A stretch of 15,761 nucleotides of DNA, the filler included, from Cirrosporium novae-zelandiae (Eukaryota): the NCBI GenBank assembly GCA_026023565.1. It is 3 parts of 3 records of this genome, joined end to end, with 100 filler letters (N's around TTAATTAATTAA, not from the genome) between each part and the next. Parts side by side here need not be neighbours in the genome. Positions count along the whole stretch, not along the records: positions 6,352 to 12,203 come from JAPETS010000096.1; positions 12,304 to 15,761 come from JAPETS010000099.1; 1 more part is not named here. One strand, given 5' to 3'. Positions within the stretch are counted from its first letter, which is position 1. Each line of letters opens with the position of its first letter. This document shows positions 9,331 through 15,761 of the stretch, one piece after another. A program made the position numbers and the translations under genes. The notes under the pieces are model-generated. The model saw only the letters and a list, made by a program, of their open reading frames with translations. It ran no database searches and was not told the origin of the DNA.

Positions 9331-9720
9331 AAATCCTAGAAAACAGAAACCCTAGGAAAGTAGAAATCCCAGGATAATAGAAACCCCAAGGCAACAAAAA
9401 CCTTAAGGCAGAAGAGGTCCTAGGGGAACAGAGGTCCTAGGGGAACAGAGTTCCTAGGGGAACAGAGGTCCTAGGGGAACAAAAGTCCTAGGGGAACAAA
9501 AGTCCTAGGGGAACAGAGGTCCTAGGGGAACAAAAGTCCTAGGGGAACAAAAGTCCTAGGGGAACAGAGGTCCTAGGGGAACAAAAGTCCTAGGGGAACA
9601 GAGGTCCTAGGGGAACAAAAGTCCTAGGGGAACAGAGGTCCTAGGGGAACAAAAGTCCTAGGGGAACAAAAGCCCTAGGGGAACAAAAACCTTAAGGCAG
9701 AAGAAGTCCTAGGGGGAACA
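9331..9720. repeat. 17-bp minisatellite, unit GTCCTAGGGGAACA(GAG/AAA)
   Basis: 16 near-perfect units at 9417-9688, about 5 degenerate A-rich units on the left and about 2 on the right. Confidence 0.95.
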
Positions 9721-9729
9721 CGAAATTAG

Positions 9730-10041
9730 AAAGCCCTTATTACAAAACGCATTCCTTGGAGAACCGAGGAAGAGGTAAGGGTAAGTCACAGGGCCCTTGC
9801 CCCCAAGCGCTATTCTTGGAGCATAGAAGAAGAGTAGGGTCAATAAACCCCTACCCCCAGCCGCTGTTCTTGGAATACAGAAGATAGGTAGGGTCACAAA
9901 GCCTTTGCTCCCAAATGCTGTTCTTGGAGTACAGAAGAAGGGTGGGGTTAATGTAAGCGCCGTTCTTGGAATATAGACGAAGGGTAGGGTCATCATCTCA
10001 AAACGCCATGTTTGGAGGCCAGGGGAAAAAATCGGGTCATA
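9730..10041 (+). pseudogene. 54-bp (18-aa) tandem-repeat coding remnant with in-frame stops
   Basis: The CTTGGA core recurs at spacings of 60, 54, 54 and 42 nt, all multiples of 3. The + frame reads KPLLQNAFLGEPRKR*G*VTGPLPPSAILGA*KKSRVNKPLPPAAVLGIQKIGRVTKPLLPNAVLGVQKKGGVNVSAVLGI*TKGRV. TAG occupies the position that is CAG in the other units. Confidence 0.55.
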
Positions 10042-10557
10042 GGAAAAGAGAATCCCTAAAGGAATAGAAAGCAAAACTAAAGTTAGAAAATATTACGTGA
10101 TTTGAAGGTGGGTGAAGCGCCCATAAAAAACTCTGCTCCAACCAGAGCGAGCGTATAGTAAATATCAAATAAAATAGCATTGTAAATAGGATATTACTGT
10201 AAATATAAAAGTCAGCCCAATAAAAATCTAAAAATAGTAAATCTTATTCTAAAGCGCCGGCGCTTAAATTGAATATGATGTGGTTATTGGGCGGGACCTC
10301 AGTTGTGATGCCTCCATTGAATAGTGGCCACCAGCTTTCAAAGTACTGGATGATAATGGGCCCCTGTTCTGCATACAAAGTGGAATAAAGTTATGTTTTG
10401 ATTAAAACGGCATTTATGTAATTAATAAATGATCCACCACCAAAAATACGCCGTACTACAGAATACTCTAAAGCGGAAACCACTTAAGTACTTGCTACTA
10501 ACCTCTGCATTGTCGGCATATATGCCTGATCTCAAAATCTTTTACTACTCCTAGCTT

Positions 10558-12203
10558 ATAGCTAAACTCTCTGCCAGCAATCTCGAGGCGATCAAAACTC
10601 TTCCTATCAAAGATAAGTTTACTCTTTTCTGTACTAAATCGAAATCGAAATACTTTAACTCCCATGCCAGTTTTGAGAAGGCCATCGATCAAGTCTTACG
10701 CGACAAATCCAGCTCAAGTACGTAACAACTCTCGGATTGACGATACAATTAATGAATTGTAAATAGGAAAGATCTAGTGCTTGATCTTATTTTGGCCCTT
10801 CAAAATTCGTTGGTGACCAGACCTTTTATTAGTGATCTTTTCCGCCTTGGATCATAGGTTACTTTAAATACAGTTAACCTTGAAATTTTTGCCGCTCTCC
10901 TGAAGTCTGTCTTCATCGATACCGAAGATACGGAAATATAGGCGGCTTTTATTTATTTTATTACCCAGACAAGGCCGGCTCCACAGCCAAGAATCCCTCC
11001 ACCGTCTCTTCCATCCTTCGTATCCTCCGTTCAGCAAACACCATGGTCCTTCAACACAAGCCAATTTGCGAACACATCCGAATTTAGAGAACATGTTGAT
11101 CCTATACTCAAGTCGGAGATGGAAGGCAACTTAATAATCGATCATCCGCACTTTTTTGATGTATACTTCGGTGGTGTGACTCAGTTAAAGGAAATATCTC
11201 AAGTGGTGTTTGAAATATGCAAGAATATAGAGCCTCCGTTATATACGGAAGGTACCGGTTGGCTAGATTGGCCAGAGGGCTGTGCAGAGACAGAAGTGTT
11301 ACGCTGGCTCCGGAAACAGATCGGTCAGTTTGTCCTATTTGCAAAAGACCATGGCTTCCAACCTCCAAGTTGCCGACGATGCTTTACCACACCAAATAAA
11401 CCAATACATGGATCGGTCAGTAAACGAAAACTAGATATAGGCATCAAATATGACCTAAAAAATGGAGATCAAGATTGGCAAGAGGAGCCCGGAAATGATG
11501 AAAATGAGTTGAACGCAGATTGGTCCAAGATTCTTGTGCCTGGAGAGCTGAAATCTAATCCCCAAAAAGACAATCACAATAGCACCTGGTTAGATCTCAC
11601 TCGATATGTGCGAGAAATATTTAAAGCACAGGATACGCGCCGATTTGCCCTTGGTTTTACTTTTTGCGGATCATTACTGCGACTCTGGGAATTCGATCGA
11701 CTGGGAGGAATTGCATCTCCATCGTTCGATATCCAGAAAGACGGTCTCAAATTGGTATCTGTCATATTAGGTTATCTGTGGATGGATGATAAAGAACTGG
11801 GATTTGACTCGAGTGTTTCCCGAGAAAACAACACCAAATATCTAGAAATTTCAAAGAACAACCAAGTGGAACGGTTGTATCTGGAAATATTGATAATGCG
11901 CCACGCTGCTGTGGTCGGTCGAGCAACGACCTGCTGGAAAGCTCATCTCAGTAAAGATAAAATGCAGGTTCTGGCAGTTAAGGATTCTTGGTAATACGAG
12001 GAACGACCGGAGGAGGGTCTGTTGTTGAAGAAAGCAACTGAACTCGGAGTGACTAATATAGCACGATATTATTGTTATGAAACTGTGTACGTGGGAGGTG
12101 CTGTTGACGACATCCGCCATAATGTGCGAAAAGGGTTAAAAGAAGAAGATGGGAGGAGTGCATTCCGACAGCGACGGACGATCAAATCCGAAACTATTAT
12201 AGG
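10558..12203 (+). pseudogene. FunK1-type fungal-specific protein kinase (Pkinase_fungal) pseudogene, 3' end lost in the gap
   Basis: Family motifs QTPWSFNTS, KRKLDIG, LVPGELKSNP, WLDLTRYVREIF.AQDTRRFALGFT.CG..LRLWEFDRLGGIAS, GRATTCWKA, VKDSW and ARYY..ETV all lie in one frame. In-frame stops at 10855-10857, 10939-10941 and 11992-11994. The likely start has become ATA (10558), and there is a probable ~45-nt intron near 10718-10766. Confidence 0.88.
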
Positions 12204-12303
12204 NNNNNNNNNNNNNNNNNNNNNNNNNNNNNNNNNNNNNNNNNNNNTTAATTAATTAANNNNNNNNNNNNNNNNNNNNNNNNNNNNNNNNNNNNNNNNN
12301 NNN
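12204..12303. other. Assembly gap with artificial six-frame-stop linker
   Basis: 44 N + TTAATTAATTAA + 44 N = 100 nt. Confidence 0.97.
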
Positions 12304-12317
12304 ATTTTGTACATGTC

Positions 12318-12780
12318 GGGGGTAGGGGGGGGGGGGGTAATATCTATCCCTTTAGTTCTGTTCTGTTCTGTCGTACCTTTGGTTGACTGACTGCCTGACA
12401 GTCTGATCAGCTTTCATCAGCTTTCATCAGTGCATCTGTCTGTTTGTCTGTCTGTTTGTTGTCATACCCGTATATACCCATCTCCCAAACTACTGTAAAA
12501 CCGAATCAATAATATCGTAACGTAAATATTATCCCTCTGTACATCCCATCCATCCAACCATCCATCCAATCACCCAACCATTCCAAATGCCAATGCCAAT
12601 GCTAATCCTGAATTCCATCTTCAGGGGGGGGTATATATATAAACAAAAAAAAAATTATTTCCCATCATCATCATGATTATTTCATCTCTTAGTTTTTTTA
12701 TTTCCCAATTCCATTATCCCCAACGCCAGCGCTAAAAAACAGGGGGGTTAGGGGGGGACGTAGGTGTAGGTGTAGGTGTA
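12318..12780. repeat. Low-complexity intergenic/3' region with several microsatellites
   Basis: Poly-G runs, (GTTCT)3, ATCAGCTTTC x2.5 (~12406-12430), (TGTC/TGTT)n, (CCAT/CCAA)n at ~12545-12580 and (GTAGGT)3 at 12760-12780. Confidence 0.7.
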
Positions 12781-12886
12781 AAAACGATATTCGTAACCGA
12801 CCCGGCCAGGGTAATGATATAATAATACTGTGTGTAGGACGAGGATATTGGAGGGCCTCTCATTACCCACACACATATCACTACTA

Positions 12887-15673
12887 CTATACAGGCCAAG
12901 GCGCGAAATCGTTGCTGTGTATATGTTCATCATGTTCATGGGACGGAAGACTGCAGGAGCGCCTCTGCCTCTGCTGTTTCTTCTCCAGTCTTCCCTGATG
13001 TTCCTGCTTCGCGGATGTTAGGAGAGCAATTGGCAAACTCATCCGACGATGATTATTATGGTGGTATTCTGATGGATCTACCTGTTTTCGCGCGGCGGGC
13101 ACAAGGCATAGGTATGCAGGGAAGACGGCTCCGAATGCAAATGTAGCCACCACGCAGCAGAACGCATATCTGATCCCCCGAGAATTCGATACCCAGGTCA
13201 CGAAGACGGGGGTTACCGCGCCGCCGGATATCGCGGCGGTTATTAGGGTGGCGCCGAGTTTGGTGCGGGCTCCGAGCCCGCGGAGGCAGATGGCGTAGAT
13301 GGTTGGGAAGATTCCGGACTTTTTCCTAGATCAGTTTAACGGATCAAAGGGGGGGTGTTTGTAAAAAGGAGAAGCACATACCTCGAATAGGTATATTAGG
13401 ATGGCCATGGCGATAGCGGCTTCACCCCTGACGTTCATCGCGACAGCCGTGATGACAATAACGCCAAGGTATTGGAATAGGAGAATGTGGCGAGGTGCTA
13501 TCCAAAGGGCGACGAAGGCAGTGAGGAACCGCCCTGCCGCAAACAACGTATGGCCAATGGCTTGATAGTCCAACGCTGGAAGCCTCAAGCTGTGGAAATG
13601 AGTTTCCATCTCCTCTTGGGATGTGGGGGGAAGGAAAAATAAAACTTACTTGGCACTGGCCTTGATATAGCTGCCGAAGTAGACGTTGACGGCTTCCTGA
13701 CCAGAGACGTAGCAGAATTGTGAAAATACACCGAGAGAAAGTGTTAGATACACGACGGGAATTCCAATCACACGGGTTTTGTTTACTTCTTTGTTGGGGG
13801 CTGCGAGTTCGGCTAATTCCTTGTCAGGAGCCTCCGGTAGTGGCACGTACCAGAAGACAACGGCAAGGATAACGTCGAACAGTGCAATTCCAAGATATGT
13901 CCATTGCGAATTGATTAGTGATGGCGCATCAAGGTAGTTCTTAAACAGTACTTTGTTGGCTAGGAGGGGAGCAACAACAGTCCCAACGGCCTGTACTCCT
14001 TGAGAAATATTGAGACGTGTCTCGGAATACTCAGGCGGTCCGCAGAGCGCGATAAAGGGGTTTGCGGCAATTTCAAGCGTGGAAAGACCCATTCCAGTAA
14101 TTACGTTTGAGAATATGAAGGCGGTGAGCGATGTCAAAACTGCGGATGGCCAAAACATGATGGCCCCGACTGCATAGACACAAAGCCCTATGATGAAGCA
14201 TATCCTGAAACTAAACTTTTGCAAGAAATAGCGGCCGAAGAGCAAGGGCGCGACATAACCAGCGTAGTAGGCGGCATGCAGTGCCACCGTCTGCCATTCA
14301 TCCATGTTGGCAATCTTTTGAAACTGGCCGTTCAATGAATCCAGAAGACCGTATGCGAAGCCCCATAGGAAGAACAGGATGGTAACAATGGTAATTGGTC
14401 TGATTGACTCTCTGTTGGTCATCTTAAGCATGCTTTTCGGTTTATGTACGCTGACGAAATCGAAATAAGACGTAACTGCTGATCTTCGTGATCGACGTGT
14501 GTTGGCGGTGTGAACCCTCGTAATATCGGTATTCATGTTCAGAACATCTCCAAATTCAAGGCCATCTGATCCATTATGAGAGCCGTCCGATCCGGATGCA
14601 CGTCCGGGGGATACAAAAGCACTTTCCGGTACTGTAGGGGACCTATGTCGTGGACTCTCTTGCATTTCCTGATCGAGTTGCATTATCGCGCTTTGCGATC
14701 CACGGCTGTAGTCCCTACTATCTTTGAGCATGTTTGGTAAAATTTTTGCAACAAGAGGTTTGAGGCCAGGAACGCAGGCGCAAATGATACCCACGGATAT
14801 CTCCACCGAGGACCAGGAGAACGACAACGAAGCATACCAAGAAAAGTCGTGGCTTGCGATAATTTTAGAACCATTGCCTGAGGATTTTTGCAACCGACCG
14901 AGAGCAGCTTGCTGGAGATAGGCGATTCTAACTACGTCAACACAACAGCTAAAGAATCCAAAGCTGAAGGTAACGAGGAGAATTATTTTCTGTTTTCTGG
15001 GCAAATTCATGCCCGTCAGAACGGGCATCGGTAAAAAGAGGATAGCCAGATCGGTAATGATGTTGACAGGGGCGGAAGAGAGGTACAAGGTGACAATGTC
15101 GGTGCATTTTGCGTCGTTAGGTCGATCTGCCAGGAAGACGGCATTAAAGGGACGACATTGAAAGATGTTGAGAAAAGTCAAGGCGAGACCAGCAACATTG
15201 ACGACCGCGAGGGTGGTGATGACGAGCCAGCGAAAGTTTTTCTGTTGCTTGGCCAAGGTGAGGTAGAAAATCAAGATGGAGGTCTTGGTGGCCATCAGAG
15301 CCGGGTTGTAGAGTACAGAAAAAGCAAATTCGGATTTTTTCAAACTTGATTCCCATTCTGGCCTCACATCGACTTCGTGGCGTCCCAAGCCAACCGAAGT
15401 GCCATAACAAATGGAAAAGGCGATACCGAAACCCAGCATCTATCACAAAGACCGTTAGCAATATGCAGGATGCCTGACGTTCCGACGGTACGGAAGCACG
15501 GGTAAGTGGCAGAGACGAACCCAAGCCAAAACCATAAAATAATCATCATAGGACACTCTACGAACAACACGAATCCTCGAGAGCATGCGCAAAAAAACAA
15601 AGACTGTAGCAACGGCGAACAAAGCTACCGTCACCACGAAGACGGCAGGACCTCGATTTCCAGAAGTTGCCAT
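12887..15673 (-). CDS. Fusion of a PTH11-like fungal rhodopsin domain and a FucP-type (fucose/glucose/galactose:H+) MFS permease, ~860 aa; exons 15673-15521, 15439-13650, 13589-13382, 13318-12887
   Basis: The N-half has PTH11-family motifs LRMLSR...DDYFMVLAW, GLGRH, TKTSILIFY, FQCRP, NIITDLAILFLPMP, KQKI and VEISVGIICACVPGLKPL. The C-half has FucP motifs LFFLWGFAYGLLDSLN, GLSTLEIAANPFIALCGP, RLNISQGVQAVGTVVAP, QFCYVSGQE and FESGIFPTIYAICLRGLG. Three GT..AG introns (81, 60, 63 nt) keep the frame. Confidence 0.92.
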
Positions 15674-15761
15674 TGTGGCTATTTTTGTCTTTACCCTAAC
15701 GATAACATTGCTCAACAATGACGATTGATATATAAGAGAGAAGGGGGGGGGGGGGGTATGG

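Noticed and set aside
9417..9688. CRISPR-like array
   Set aside because: Units are contiguous with no unique spacers, there are no cas genes, and the DNA is eukaryotic.
10252..10265. 14-bp perfect palindrome AAGCGCCGGCGCTT
   Set aside because: Isolated, with no supporting context.
14683..15721. Short alternative-frame and antisense ORFs within the transporter gene
   Set aside because: Shadows of the main GC-rich CDS; ORF 15455-15718 is exon 1 read into the intron.

Overview
Fungal genomic DNA, probably a filamentous ascomycete (Eurotiomycete-like gene families; short GT..AG introns with CTRAY branch sites). It is three contigs joined by artificial 100-nt spacers (N44-TTAATTAATTAA-N44 at 6252-6351 and 12204-12303), so gene order across the gaps is unproven. 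Contigs 1-2 (1-12203) look like an AT-rich accessory compartment with many transition mutations suggestive of repeat-induced point mutation (RIP). They carry transposon-end remnants, a diverged ~250-bp duplication, an ankyrin gene ending in a 70-bp hairpin, a divergent two-exon SCOC/Slo1-like (DUF2205) gene, an Ig-like pseudo-ORF, an Est1-like fragment, a damaged AZF1-like C2H2 gene, a 17-bp two-variant minisatellite next to a 54-bp repeat that appears to have been coding, and a FunK1-type kinase pseudogene. Contig 3 is GC-richer and holds an intact four-exon gene (~860 aa) fusing a PTH11-like fungal rhodopsin domain to a FucP-type MFS sugar permease, a candidate receptor-transporter. Family calls come from motifs recognised by eye; no searches were run.
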